Origin: Mobula hypostoma
Taxonomy: Eukaryota
NCBI RefSeq assembly: GCF_963921235.1
Contig: NC_086097.1
Location: 91,514,001-91,578,000, forward strand
Length of the DNA: 64,000 nt
Reading direction: 5' to 3'
Positions 1-13,314 of the stretch are shown piece after piece; positions within the stretch are counted from its first letter, which is position 1, and every line of letters begins with the position of its first letter. Both the position numbers and the translations under genes were made by a program. The notes under the pieces were generated by a model that had not been told where the DNA came from, ran no database searches, and saw only the letters and a program-made list of their open reading frames with translations.

Positions 1-3000
1 CTAAAGGTAAGGGGCCAAGTTGTTCAACTTAGAATGTTGTGTCAGTCAATCAGGATGGTGGGATCAGGAGAAGGTTCTAGAGAGGGCTGGGCAGAGAGAG
101 ATCTGTGACAGACAGTGATCAGGTTTGTCGTCCTTTTGCAGGAGACATGAGGAGGAGAAGATCAGGAAGGATTTGATCTGTCGGTAAGAGGCTATTGCAG
201 GGAGTGATTTGAAAGATGAAGGAGTCCAAGATGGCAAGGTCTACTGATGATTGGTGATGAGAATTCAGGGCTGTGAGTAGCAGTATACCCAGCTTTTGGA
301 AGAGATGAGCTCCAACAGTCACGTGCACATTTAGGCTGTTCTAACTGTAATGGGTGCATTTTTTTTTCCCCTTTCGTTTCTTCCTCTTAATAACTGTTTG
401 ATAAAGCTGAGACAGGTAAATATACTTTCCGTATAATTTTATGCTGGTGTATAATCTATTATTTCTTGGCGACCAGTAGTTCTGCATGGGCATTTACACA
501 GCATTGCCTCAAAGCAATGTTCCATCAATCAGAACATCCAAACTTTCCTGTTCGGTTGAGTACTAAATTATACTGACCCTAGACGTATATTGTTTATGAA
601 AGGTGGCCTTCTCACTGCTGAGTCATGAAACTGTTAACAGAGTTAGGTTTCAAGCCAAGTTCGCATTCTAGCTCGGTGAGAGGGTTACATTTTGTCTGGG
701 GATTTTGTCTGTGTGAATGCTGTTTAAGAATTGAATAAGTGGTTTGTGTGTTTAAGCCCCTGTTTAAACTAATGCTGGGGAAAGTGATTAAGGGATTAAA
801 ATTTGGTGCAATTCAAAGAGATTATCCACAAATAATGCTTGCCTTCTGAACAGGGTGGATATCTGAAGCCCTGATGAACTGCTAATTAGAGTGCTAAATT
901 CTGTAAAAATATTGAAGAAAGTTATGCTGGTTGAAAGGTTTCTGACCAATTGGCTAGTAAGGATGTTAGAAACATAGAAAACCTACAGCACAATACAGGT
1001 CCTTCGGCCCACAAAGCTGTGCCAAACATGTCCCTACCTTAAAAATTACTAGGGTTACCCATAGCCCTCTATTTTTCTAAGCTCCATGTACCTATCCAAA
1101 AGTCTCTTAAAAGACCCCATCATATCCGCCTCCACCACCGTTGCCGGCAGCCCATTCCATGCACTCACCACTCACTGCGTAAAAAACTTACCCCTGACAT
1201 CTCCTCTGTACCTATTTCCAAGCACCTTAAACCTGTGTCCTCTTGTGGCAACCATTTCAGCCCTGGGAAAAAGCTTCTGACTATCCACACGATCAATGCC
1301 TCTCATCATCTTATACACCTCTATCAGGTCACCTCTCATCCGCAGTCGCTCCAAGGAGTAAAGGCCGAATTCACTCAACCTGTTTTCATAAGACACGCTC
1401 CCCAATCCAGGCAACATCCTTGTAAATCTCCTCTGCACCCTTTCTATGGCTTCCACATCCTTCATGTAGTGAGGCAACCAGAACTGAGCACAGTACTCCA
1501 AGTGGGGTCTCACCAGGGTCCTATATAGCTGCAACATTACCTCTCGGCTCCCAAATTCAATTCCATGATTAATGAAGGCTAACAGGCCTTCTTAACCACA
1601 CAGTCAACCTGCGCAGCTGCTTTGACCGTCCTATGGACTCGGACCCCAAGGTCCCTCTGATCCTCCACACTGCCAAGAGTCTTACCATTAATACTATACT
1701 CTGCCAGCATATTTGACCTACCAAAATGAACCACTTCACACTTATCTGGGTTGAACTTCATCTGCCACTTCTCAGCCCAGTTTTGCATCCTATCAATGTC
1801 CCGTTGTAACCTCTGACAGCCCTCCACACTATCCACAACACCCCCAACCTTTGTGTCATCAGCAAATTTACTAACCCATCCCTCCACTTCCTCATCCAGG
1901 TCATTTATAAAAATCATGAGGAGTAAGGGTCCCAAAACAGATTCCTGAGGTACAGCACTGGTCACCGATCTCCATGCAGAATATGACCCGTCTACAACCA
2001 CTCCTTGTCTTCTGTGGGCAAGCCAGTTCTGGATCCACAAAGCAATGTCCCCTTGGATCCCACGCCTCCTTACTTTCTCAATAAGCCTTGCATGGGGTAC
2101 CTTATCAAATGTCTTGCTGAAATCCACATACACTACATCTACTGCTCTTCCTTCATCAATGTGTTTAGTCACATCCTCAAAAAATTCAATCAGGCTCGTA
2201 AGGCACCATCTACCCTTGACAAAGCCATGCTGACTATTCCTAATCATATTATACCTCTTCCAAATGTTCATAAATCCTGCCTCTTAGGATCTTCTCCATC
2301 AACTTACCAACCATGAAGTAAGACTCACTGGTCTATAATTTCCTGGGCTATCTCTACTCCCTTCTTGAATAAAGGAACAACATCCGCAACCCTCCAATCC
2401 TCCGGAAACTCTCCCGTCCCCATTGATGATTCAAAGATCATCGCCAGAGGATCAGCAATCTCTTCCCTCGCCTCCCACAGTAGGCTGGGGTACATCTCAT
2501 GCGGTCCTGGCGATTTATCCAACTTGATGCTTTCCAAAAGCTCCAGCACATCCTCTTTCTTAATATCTACATGCTCAAGCTTTTCAGTCCGCTGCAAGTC
2601 ATCACTACAATCACCAAGATCCTTTTCCATAGTGAATACTGAAGTAAAGAATTCATTAAGTACCTCTGCTATTTCCTCCGGTTCCATACACACTTTCCCA
2701 CTGTCACACTTGATAGGTCCTATTCCTTCACATTTTATCCTTTTGCTCTTCACGTACTTGTAGAATGCCTTGGGGTTTTCCTTAATCCTGCCCGCCAAGG
2801 CCTTCTCATGGCCCCTTCTCGCCCTCCTAATTTCCTTTTTAAGCTCTTACCTGTTAGCCTTATAATCTTCTAGATCTCTAACATAACCTAGCTCTCTGAA
2901 CCTTTTGTAAGCTTTTCTTTTCTTCTTGACTAGATTTATTACAGCCTTTGTACACCACTTTACACCATAAAGTTAATGTTGTGTTGGTCCAGACTAGTAG

Positions 3001-3821
3001 TGCTGCCTGATAGGATACGGGCACCTGGAAAAGCATGGCTATGGGCAGTCCATATTTTTAGAGAAAGGGGGCATGTAGCTGAGGGTGAAGACTTTAAAAA
3101 TAAGCTGTTGTTGTTTCTGTGAAGTGAAGAAAAGGGTTGTCTGATGTGAAAGGTCTAATGGGTACTTCAGCAGTTGATGGAAATTCTGAGCTGGCTTCAG
3201 CTATTACATCATGGGCAGATAAATGCCAAGTTATTTTAGGCTGAGAATGTTCTCTGGAGTCAAGCCCAGCCCTGAAGGGGAAGGAAAATATGAGGCTTGG
3301 GCAGAGCAGATATCTCAGTTACTGAATAAGTGGCAGTGGTTAAATAATATCAAAAGACAGAGGCTGGTAGAGAGCCTAAAAGGTCCAGGTGCTGAGGTGG
3401 TGAGATTCCTAAACGCAGAAAACCCCTTGGTCACATCCGCGGACGACCATTGTTAGAAAATGTTTTTGGCATGACAGACAGCCCAGCGGAGCTTATGATG
3501 AGGTTCAGGCACACATTCCAAGAGAAAGGGGAGAAACTTTCTGCCTACATTTTCAGGCTGGAGAGACAGCTGCATTGCTTGTGACGAAAGGAGGCTGAAA
3601 TAAATCAGTTAAGGATGGGGCAAGTTGTGAAGGGTGGGCTGTCACGTGACATGATTGCTTTAAGCATTCGAATGTCTCATAAGATGCATCCTCCTCCATG
3701 GTTTGTGGAACTGATCAGAGAAATAAGAGAGGAGGAAAATACAATGAGGGAGCAGGAGGCCTCGAGCAGCAGGGCTAGCTATCAAACCAAGTTTACATAC
3801 AAGCCCGGTGAGAGGGTTACA
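1..3821 (+). mobile_element. Internally deleted Ty3/Gypsy LTR element with decayed PNMA-like gag, interrupted by a CR1
   Basis: 54-bp direct repeat ending GGTGAGAGGGTTACA at 636-689 and 3768-3821 (43/54 identical). Gag pieces at ~800-960 and ~2970-3767 (LRMFSGVKPSPEGEGKYEAWAEQ, KRQRLVESLKGPG, QEKGEKLSAYIFRLE, PPPWFVELIREIREEE) with stops and frameshifts; no pol. Confidence 0.8.
967..2958 (-). mobile_element. CR1 LINE, 5'-truncated
   Basis: ORF2 pieces SQHGFVKGR, DFSKTFDKVPH, VPQESVLGPLL, KFADDTK, LVRPHLEYC; 3' end ...ttttctatgtttcta. Confidence 0.93.
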
Positions 3822-3824
3822 TAT

Positions 3825-4640
3825 ATGCCCTCCCTTTTCCTTTTATACTGTAATTGACTTCCCTTGTCAGCCACAGTTGCATTTTTCTCCCTTTTGAATA
3901 CTACTACTTCTTTGGGATGTATCTATCCAGCACCTTCCAAATTGTCCCAAGAAACTCCAGCCATTGCTGTTCTGCTATCATCCCTGCTTATGTCCCCTTC
4001 CAATCAAATGTAACCACCTCCTCAGTCATACCCCTGTCATTCCTTTCTTCAACAATATCTCCAAAATCATAGCTCCCCTTCAAAGTGCAACATCGTTTAA
4101 CTTAACAGAATCATAGAAAACCTATGCCACGGAAGAATATCATTCAGCCCAACGTAGCCGTGCTTGCAGTAAAAGTGCTCCCGGCCTAATTCCATTTTCC
4201 AATAGGCTCTAAAGTATGGCTCTACATGTCAAAGCTTTTCAAATGCACATACAGGCACTTTTTAAATGTGGACAGGACTTCTCTCGCTACCAGGATTTCT
4301 GAACTTCTACTACTCTGAATGTAAATATTTTCATCACTTGTAATCTAGTTATTTTACATTAAGTCATGTTCCCAGTGTTTCTACCTCTTTGCCAAGCAAA
4401 ATCCATTTAGTCCTTCATAATTCTATACATCTCAATAAAATCACCTCTCAGCCTTTTCTGTTCCAAAGTATATAATGCCAAACAATCCAAACATTCCTTT
4501 GCAGTAAACATGTTTCATTTCTGGCAACTTTTTTTTTCAAACTTTTGTGCATCCCCTCTACAGTAATCACCCTTTTCTGCATTGTGGTAACTAGAATACA
4601 AATAATACTAAAATATAGGTTGAAGAAATACTGTATACAA
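3825..4640 (-). mobile_element. Old degraded CR1 fragments
   Basis: Reverse-complement similarity to the CR1 copies at 39.7-40.0 kb and to CR1 3' ends (agaatcatagaaa tail near 4108). Confidence 0.55.
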
Positions 4641-5143
4641 TTCCAGCATAAACAAGAGTTGGTTTGTTGACTGAGACAATTTGTTTCAAATTTTGCTAAT
4701 GAATAAATCACACAGAAAAAAAGTAAAAGCTCATAAGTACTGGGGTGTGCAAAAATTGTATGCTACCTATAATAATGACTCAGTCAATTGCTGCATATAC
4801 AAGATGATCGAACAGTTCTTTCAAGGCATGATCACTTTTCAAAAATTCTTTTGCATGATGTACTTAGTTGCTGGCAAAGCCTGTGTTTACTGCCCTGTCG
4901 CAAAAGTTCATGTCTTACATGAATTGCTGCAGCTGATATCCTGAGAGTTTCTCCCTCACTGCTGCAAGTTTGGGTGTTCTTGCAACTGACAAACAGTTTC
5001 TGAACCAGAGTCAGTGCATCAAGCAAATTCCTACACTCACAGCCATAACAATTTCCCAACCTTCTGGCAGCACAAAACTATTCCAATGACAGGATATTCC
5101 AGCACTACCTCTGATTCTAACATTTATCCCCATATCAATACTT

Positions 5144-5465
5144 CGTGTTGGTGTGTGGCCAGGTGGTTAAGGCGTCGGTCTAGTGATCTGAATGTCGCTA
5201 GTTCGAGCCTCAGCTGAGGCAGCGTGTTGTGTCCTTGAGCAAGGCACTTAACCACACATTGCTCTGTGACGACACCGGTGCCAAGCTGTATGGGTCCTAA
5301 TGCCCTTCCCTTGGACAACATCGGTGGCGTGGAGAGGGGAGACTTGCAGCATGGGCAACTGCCGGTCTTCCATACAACATTGCCCAGACCTGCGCCCTGA
5401 AAACCTTCCAAGGTGCAAATCCATGGTCTCACGAGACTAACAGATGCCTATTATTATTATTACTA
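5144..5465 (+). mobile_element. tRNA-derived SINE with CORE-like segment
   Basis: A box TGGCCAGGTGG, B box GTTCGAGCC, then GTGTCCTTGAGCAAGGCACTTAACC; (TAT)n tail; 8-bp TSD CAATACTT at 5136-5143 and 5466-5473. Confidence 0.85.
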
Positions 5466-7244
5466 CAATACTTTAACGAGGAGGTTGAGTTTTAGAATTG
5501 TTTCCACCAGCTTAGGGCCCAAATTTCAGCATAAATCAGTGGAAGCTGCCCAAATGGCTTACAGACTTGAGGAGTTTATGCAGGTAACAACTGAAACCCA
5601 CTTATGCCAGATTGACACTCACCTAACCCAAATCAGACTTGCTGTGGCCTTGAAATGAAACTGTCTGTTTTAGTCATGCGCTACTTGCAAAATTATGGGA
5701 TCATTACACTCATTTTTGTTTTACACACATAATAGCCATCAATTTGTGAAGGCACTTCTATATAAAACAAATAGAATTTATGAAGACTAGTGACCAAATT
5801 TAAGTGCCCAAAGATCTAAGTTTCCAATTTATTAATAAAACTGAACCAGGTTACCAATCCTGAAGAAATATTGAAAGACTTTTTTTAAATGAGAAAGGAG
5901 AAGCCAGGCCTTTATAAGACAACAACTGAGGAGAGCCATGCTATCACAGACAATTTTGCGGAGATTTGCCCTCCATGAAACAAGGACTGTGTGTTAAAAG
6001 TATTCCAATTGCTCTGAATTATTTTGGGATACGCTGGTTACTTCATTTTGTTTAAGAAAACTTGTTCAGAGTGCAACAGATGCCAGTGGTCGTAATACCT
6101 GCAATATTCTATTCAACACTGTGATTCACACACAAATCAGGATGTGCCTAACATTAATGGACAAAGGGGAGATGGTAGATTACAGAGTCTGCTTTTCTTC
6201 TCAAACAGATCTAAAAAAATCAGGTACAATTACATAATATTCAATCTGCAAGGGAACCAGTCACAGTAAGTCTCTCAAACAAGGTAATAAAATTAACTCA
6301 ATGTACTTTTTAAGATCCATCTCCAGCTGCAATTTTATGCAAAGGTTAATTAAATGCAGCTATTAAGTTGGAGGTTCTTTATGTCAGGTGCCATGGCAGA
6401 AAGCTAAGCACTCAGTTGTTCCATGCATAGGCAGTAGAAAAGTAATTTAATTAAAACTATAAATTTTAAAGTCACAGTAAACTCAGAGTGAATAGGGTCA
6501 TTTGACTTTAATGATTTCACGATAACTGTTGCATGTCCCAGGAAGGGATGGGGAAAACCTGGAGAAGTTGCCATCATCACACATTCACAACGTAAAGCAC
6601 ATTACTTGGACGTCACTTGGGAGGAGAGGGGAATACAGTGGAAAGAAATCCAACTTTTTCCATCCTCTGCCCCTGTGAAAATTCATGCAGAGGGTAGCCT
6701 TTCCGCCAGTTCAGTTCTCTGTTGCAGGCTGTTCTCTGCTGTTTTGAGTGTGGCACAGCTAACTCACAGAAATCTCCCAGCTCCAAAGTCCCAAGTTCAA
6801 TCTTGACCTCTGATGCTGTTTGTGTGAAGTTTGCACATTCTCACTGTAAACTAGTTGGTTAATTGGCCATCGTAAATTAATCCTGGTGCAATCCACTGGC
6901 AGAATCTGGGGGAGCTAATGAAGGCTGGATTCTATGGAATATGTCTCTGTGATTCTATGCACCCATGTAGGAACTACAGTGTAATATTATGGAGCAAGTT
7001 CGTTACAAGTTAATTTTATACCTTATTTCTGGCGAAGATGGGGAAAAGCAACTCTTTTTTGCCTCAAAACAGTGTGCCACAGTCAGAAATGGAACCATAT
7101 ACAGGACCAATCTCAGTGTGAGCTATGTCATCAGGTTGTCGCTCTACCTCAGCAATTTTAAACTACGCAGCTCAACCACCACCATCTAGATGCCTTTGAT
7201 GGTTCAAAACATAAACTTGAAATTAGCAACGTGCTCCACTTTAC

Positions 7245-7576
7245 CTGGCCGAATATCCCACCCCAAGGGGTTTGCGTTGCGTTTTTCTTGGATCTATAGT
7301 AGTTGCATCCCATGGCAATTTCTGATTGGCTCCAAGCTTCTTGTTTCTCCGTCTCTGCTGAGAGTTTGTTTCACCAGTTCCCTCCTCTCTTCTGCTACCT
7401 CCACCCATTTTGCTCTTAAATGGGATATCTATTAGGCCTTGGCACCTTGCCAACACCTGCTCCCAGCTGGGCACCCTCTGAAATAGGACAGCATCTTCAT
7501 GTGATGTAGAGCTGAATCCCAATAAGTGAAAAAACAGAGCCACTGACACCTGAGCATCTCGTGCAGCATATGTTAC
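7245..7576 (-). CDS. EXD2: EXD2 fourth coding exon (332 nt, ExoIII motif)
   Basis: Acceptor ttttgttctgtcAG, donor CAG|GTAAAG; VTYAARDAQVSVALFFHLLG...DPRKTQRKPLGVGYSAR with the YxxxD ExoIII motif. No further exon found in 1-7244, so the gene continues beyond the window. Confidence 0.95.
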
Positions 7577-8039
7577 CTGACAGAACAAAACAGAAAACAG
7601 AAGTATGACATATTTCAAACAGAATTATAAGCTCCTGTGAATACACTTACTCCAGCTAATGAAAAACAGCAGCAATAGGAGATGACCAACTATAACCAGC
7701 TTGATGACATAAATTATGGAACTGATTCAGGATGGAATTGGCCAGGCTCCAACCAGATCTTGCTTGGTAGATAGAACATTGGATTGTGAGTCAAATAATT
7801 GTGTACCTAGCTCTTGCTGCAGAACGTTAAGCTGAAAATCTAGATCCTCATAACTAAACAGTAACACTCAGATGATCCAACAAGCTCAGGAGTTAGGTAA
7901 TGCTGAACTGGCAGTTTAGATTACTGGCTGCAATTTCTATTAACATCCCTACTGACGTTTGCAAATGGAACTTGTGATGGTAGGTGGTATTATAATAAGC
8001 TCTCCAGTGAACTCAGTACATTTCAAGGGCGTACAGTAA

Positions 8040-8320
8040 CACCCAATCACGTTCACGTGAAGCCTTGGGAGCAGGTGGTGGATGGTCGTATGAGCAGCTG
8101 GTGCATACCACAAGCCCTGGTTATGCAATCACTGACGTCAGGCACGCAATCTTGGAAGAGTATTAATAATGGCTGGAGTCACCCGTCTTGTAAAGACACT
8201 GCCCAGAAGGCCACAATGGCAAACCACTTCTGTAGAAAAAATTGCCAAGTACAATAATAGTCATGAAAAGACCATGATCGTCCACATAATAAGACATGGC
8301 ACTTAACAAGTGAATGAACA
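8040..8320 (+). mobile_element. Short non-autonomous RTE-related retroposon (partial)
   Basis: Same family as 46660-46965; carries the RTE/BovB-type 3' motif AATGGCAAACCACTTC. Confidence 0.6.
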
Positions 8321-8571
8321 AACAGTAATCAGGGCCCCAGTGAGTTTTGGGGGAGCACAGGGACTGAAGTCCCCCTGAGTTTTGGAGCAGTGCAAGGTAC
8401 ATCATCTAGTGAGCCACAGGCTCAACCGTTGAGATTTTTGAATAGTTAAATTATTGGAGTTTTACTACACTGTGGAAATCTTGCAAAGGTTAAACCAAGG
8501 TCCCAACTTCCATCTATGGCAAATACTAAAGATGCAACAATACTCAAAGCACAGCAATTAAGTTTTTTACA

Positions 8572-8778
8572 TTGTCCCAGATAATACTTCTTCCTCAAAT
8601 ACTGGATTAAATGAAATTGTCACATAGCTGTTAAGTGGGAGCTTGCTGTGTAGAAACTGTCTGCTGCATTTCCTGCATGGCACAAAGTATTGACGATTCA
8701 GAATAGTTCATAGGCTGTCAAACAACTAGCAGCTTCCTGAGGTACTGAAAGTACAAAAGAAATGCAAGGCTTCTTTTT
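8572..8778 (+). mobile_element. Ancient Deu-type SINE (SacSINE/AmnSINE-like), 3' part
   Basis: GTGGGAGCTTGCTGTG...CTGCTGCATTTCCT...GGCTGT...CCTGAGGT...AAATGCAAG, recalled as the shark Deu-SINE tail; degraded. Confidence 0.5.
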
Positions 8779-9297
8779 AAATGGCCATTACACAAATATT
8801 CCCCATCTGTTATCACACTTTGCTGAACTCTTAGTTGAAATGGATTGCTCTGTAAGTGTGAATTTGTCAAAGAATCCTGACTTTTAATTCAAGTTAAAGA
8901 AAAAAGATACAAAACAAGCATTTTACTTGCTATAATTGCAGTGCCAATCTTAGCACTATTTTCTGAACATACTAACTCTTTGCATTTATATAGCTCATTT
9001 AATGCAATAAAATATTAAGAGTTGCTTCATAGTACATTTACATTAAATAATGGGCAGTTCAAATTACAGAGATTTGCCCAGGTGACTAAAGTGATTCTGA
9101 GGAACATCATTAAGGAAGGAAAAGGAAGGAGAAATCTAGAGCACTGGTGACCAGGCAGCTGAAGATAGAGTTATCAAAGGAGAAATAAAATAATTTAATG
9201 ATGCACAATAGGATATGAAGTATGAGGATACAGAATGATTGAAGGGCTAGAGCTCTGGGGATGACAAATAATGAAACTAGAAGTTTGAACACAAGGA

Positions 9298-12074
9298 CAG
9301 TTGCAAGAAAAAGTTTGTGAACCCTTTGCGATTACCTGATTTGCTGCATTAATTACTCAAAATGTGGTCTGATCTCATCTAAGCCATAATAGTAGACACA
9401 ATCTGCCTAAACTAATAACGCACAAACGTACTACCTCTCGTCAATACTGAGTACACCATTTAACAATCAAAATCTAGATTAAAAAGTATGTCAGCCTCTG
9501 GAGTAATGCCTTCTATAAAAGCTATTTGGAGTCAGGTGTTCCAATTAATGAGATGGGATTGGAGGTGTGGGTTGTAGAGGTGCCCTGCCCTGTATAAAAC
9601 ACACAAAGTCGGGTTATTGACAGAGCCTGCTCTTCTCAAGAAAGATCTATTTATGTGCACCATGCCTTGATCAAAACAACTTTCAGAGGACCTTAGAAGA
9701 ATTGTAGAGATATATGAAGCTGGAAAAGGTTAAAAAAGCATTTCTGAAGACCTGAATGTTCATTAGTCCATAGGAAGAGAAACTGTCTACAAATGGAGGA
9801 AATTCAGTACTGTTGCTACGCTCCCTAGGAGTGGGCATCCTGCAAAGATCACACCAAAGGCACAACATGCAATGCTGAAGGAGGTTAAAAAGAAAAGAAC
9901 CCAAAGGTAACAGCAAAAGACCTGTATAAATCTTCAGAACATAGTCTCTGCTCATGTGTCCATTATAAGCAAAAACACTTGTGTTCATGGAAGGTCACCA
10001 TGGAGGACACCACCGCTCTCCAAAAAACTTTGCTGCACGTCTCAAGCTTGCTAAAGATCATCTGGGTGTGCCACAACATTCTGGGAGAATATTCTATGAA
10101 CAGATAAGACAGAAGTTGAACTGCTTGGCAGAAATGCACTTGCTACATTTGGAGGAAAAAGGACACTGCACACTATCACCAAAAACCTCATTACAACTGT
10201 GAGGCATGGTGGAAGGAGCATCATGGGTTTAATAGTTCAATAGCTGCCTCGGGGCCTGGACAGTTGCAATTGTTGAGGGAACAATGAGTTCAAAATTGTA
10301 TCAAGACATTTTACAGGAAACTGTCAGGGTAGCGGTCCGTCACCTGAAGCTTAATAGAAGGTGGATGATGCAACAAGACAACGATCTGAAACACAAGAGT
10401 AAATCAACAACAGAATGGTTAAAAAAGAAGGAAATTCGTGTTTTGGATTAGCCAAGTCAGGATCCAGACCTTAACCCGGTTGAAATGCTGTGGCATGACC
10501 TGAAGAAGGCTGTTCATGCAAGGTATCCCAGAAGTACTGATGATCAGAAACAGTTTTGTATGGAGGGATGGTCTAAAATTCCTCCTTGCCATTGTGAAAT
10601 TCTGATCTGCAGTTACAGGAAATGTTTGGTGGAGGTTATTGCTGCTAAAGGAGGTTCACAGGTTCGCATAACTTTTTCCAGTCTAGATTGTGAATGATTA
10701 AACAATGTATTCAATTAAAAACATGAAAAGTACAATAGTTATTAGTGTGTTATTAGTTTAGGCAGATTGTGTTTGTCTGCTATTGTGACTTGGATGCTAT
10801 CTTGTTGGCTCTTCACACAATCCTGAAACACCTGGAAGCAAAGATGCATACATCAGGATGCTCTTTATCAATTACAGCTCAGCTTTTAACACCATCATAT
10901 CTTCTAAACTAATCGGTAACCTTAAGACCCCTGGTGCAATTGATTCCTGGGTTTCCTCACTTGGAGACCCCAGTCAGTTTGGATTAGCAAAAACATCTCC
11001 TCCATCAGTACAGGAGCACCACAGGGGTGTGTACTTAGCCCCATGCTCTACTCGCCTTACACCTATGACTGTGTGGCTAAGTACAGCTTCAACACCATAT
11101 GCAAGTTTGCTGATGACACCACTGTTGGGGGCTGCATCAAAGGAGGTGATGAATCAGCATACAGAAAGGAGATTGAGAATTTGGCTGATTGGTGTAATAA
11201 CAACCACCTCTCATTCAATGTCAGTAAGACCAAGGAACTGATAGTAGACTTCAGGAGAGGGAAACAAGAGGTCCTTGAACCAGTTATCATCAGAGGAACA
11301 GAGGTGGAGAGGGTCAGTAACTGTAAATTCCTGGGTGTCACCATCTCAGAGAACCTGTACTGGACCCATTATATAAATATAATTGTGAAGAAAGCACAAC
11401 AGTGCCTCTACTCTCTCAGGAGTCTGCAGAGATTCAGCATGTCATCGAAAACCTTGGCAAACTTCTATAGATGTGTGCTGACCGGCTGCATTATGGCCTG
11501 GTATGGGAACACCAATGCCTTTGAGTGAAAAATCCTACAAAAGCTAGTGGATTTGGCTCAGTACATCATGGGAAAACCCTCCCAACCATTGACCACATCT
11601 ACATGAAACATTGCCATAGAAAAGCAGCATCCTTCATCAAAGATCCTCACTGCTCAGGCCATGCTCTTTTCTCGCTGCTACCAGGTAGAAGATCCAAGTG
11701 CCTCAGGACTCGAACCACCAGGTTCAAGAACAGTTTCTATCCCTCAACCACCAAACTCTTGAACAAAAGAGAAAAGCTTTACTCATTTAAAGAATCTGTT
11801 ATATTGTTATTTCATGCTTGTTATTTATTGCTAAGTATTTATTATCTGTTTATAGTTCCTGATGTTTACAGTTTACAGATCATGTTTACAGTTACTATTC
11901 TAAGTATGCCCAGAGAAAAAAAATCTCAGGGTTGTATGTGTTGACATGTATGCACTCTGATAATAAATTTTACTTTGAACATCAGACCAGTCTGATCCGG
12001 TCTTCAAAGATCAGACCAGATTTTATGAGTAATTAATGCAGAAAACCAGGTTCACAAACTTTTTCTTGCAACTG
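9298..12074 (+). mobile_element. Tc1-like DNA transposon (IR/DR type), defective, right TIR split by a LINE
   Basis: Termini CAGTTGCAAGAAAAAGTTTGTGAACC and GGTTCACAAACTTTTTCTTGCAACTG followed by TA; long TIRs; broken transposase from ~9662 with QQDNDLKH and PDLNPVEMLW motifs. Confidence 0.9.
10798..11980 (+). mobile_element. Rex1/Babar-type LINE fragment inserted in the Tc1 right TIR
   Basis: MLFINYSSAFNTII, ICKFADDTTV, NVSKTKELIVDFRR, KFLGVTIS; 3' end aataaattttactttgaac. Confidence 0.85.
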
Positions 12075-12513
12075 TATATACATTTTAAAATCAAGTCTTC
12101 AGCTGATAGGAGCCAACACCGGTCGGTAAGCACAGAGGTAATGGATAAATCAATGGTGAGAGTTAAGAATACAGGTGACAGAGTTTTATCTAATCTGGAG
12201 TTTATTCAGCGTGGAAGACATGAAGATAGCCAAGACATTGGAATCATTGGGCCTTGGGTAACAAGTTCAAGGGTACAGGCTTCATCAGTAGACTGACAAG
12301 GGTGGGTCAGTAACAGTTTTGTTTATGGAGGCAGATGCCATAATTGGTAAACACCACTAACAGCAAAGGGGAGCAATTAGAGCCCTTTCCAGAATCACGG
12401 ATGAAACAGAACATGAAGGAAGTGAAGTATCCACACAAAACAATTACATAGGCATATGAGCTTATTTCAAATAAACTGAGACATGCTCTTTAACATTCTC
12501 ATTACTAAGTTAC

Positions 12514-12640
12514 CTGGTCATTAGTGAGCTCTTGTGCCTCCCAATTGCTACATCGCAGATGGAGAGACTTGTCGAGGGTAAAATTAATGGTGTCTTGAGC
12601 CAAGCACTTCAGACTGAGGGAATGGGCCAAATTATTCTTC
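12514..12640 (-). CDS. EXD2: EXD2 third coding exon (127 nt)
   Basis: Acceptor ttcatggcAG, donor CAG|GTAACT; (R)KNNLAHSLSLKCLAQDTINFTLDKSLHLRCSNWEAQELTNDQ; phase 2 to 0 fits both neighbours. Confidence 0.93.
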
Positions 12641-13314
12641 CTGCCATGAAATAGATGAACACAGAAAATCATAAAAACTGAAATGCACTGCAGATTCTTT
12701 AAAATATTATGGAAATATAAATCCACATTGAAATCTGAGGCAGCAATATATTTGGACACTCATAGTTGGCTTCCAGATGAAAGGAAGCCAAGTAATTTGA
12801 CATATTGCTAAAACACAGTAAATGTAACGGTTAAAATATCAATCACTCTACTGCACAGAATTCCAATGAAACCAGTGCTTTTCCTATTTACTTTTTATTG
12901 AATGGAGTTCCAGCACAGCCAAAACTTTCTTCATTCACACTGCACATAATACCACCAGTCTCAGAATTTACCCTTCATATTATAGGCTTCAAACAAAACA
13001 AACACCATTCATCCTATTCACATGTAAATGCAGCACTTGGCAGCACCTAGTCCATTGAAACTACAGTAGTTGTTGGCCCCAAGACTGCTATTTTTTAGCA
13101 TCAGTGTACCACATCTGCTATCTTGTGGTGAGAGGGCCTCACACATAATCTACCACTGGGTTCCCACAAAACATAAAATGCCCTCTGAACTCATTCACTA
13201 CCATTTTTCATTCACAGAAGCTTATATTGTTCATATTCAAACTTGCACATTAAAAATGACGTTGGTTATATGAGTTGCATCTTCATGTGCTCATTCAATT
13301 TTTTTACTTGTTAG

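Noticed and set aside
3223..3857. Functional domesticated PNMA gene
   Set aside because: Multiple stops and frameshifts, a CR1 inserted in the N-terminal part, and LTR remnants on both sides.
5150..5222. tRNA gene
   Set aside because: A and B boxes continue into a SINE body with a (TAT)n tail and TSD; it is a SINE head.
1..7244. Next EXD2 exon (expected to begin KSPLYDNC-like)
   Set aside because: Not found by eye on the minus strand; presumed outside the window.
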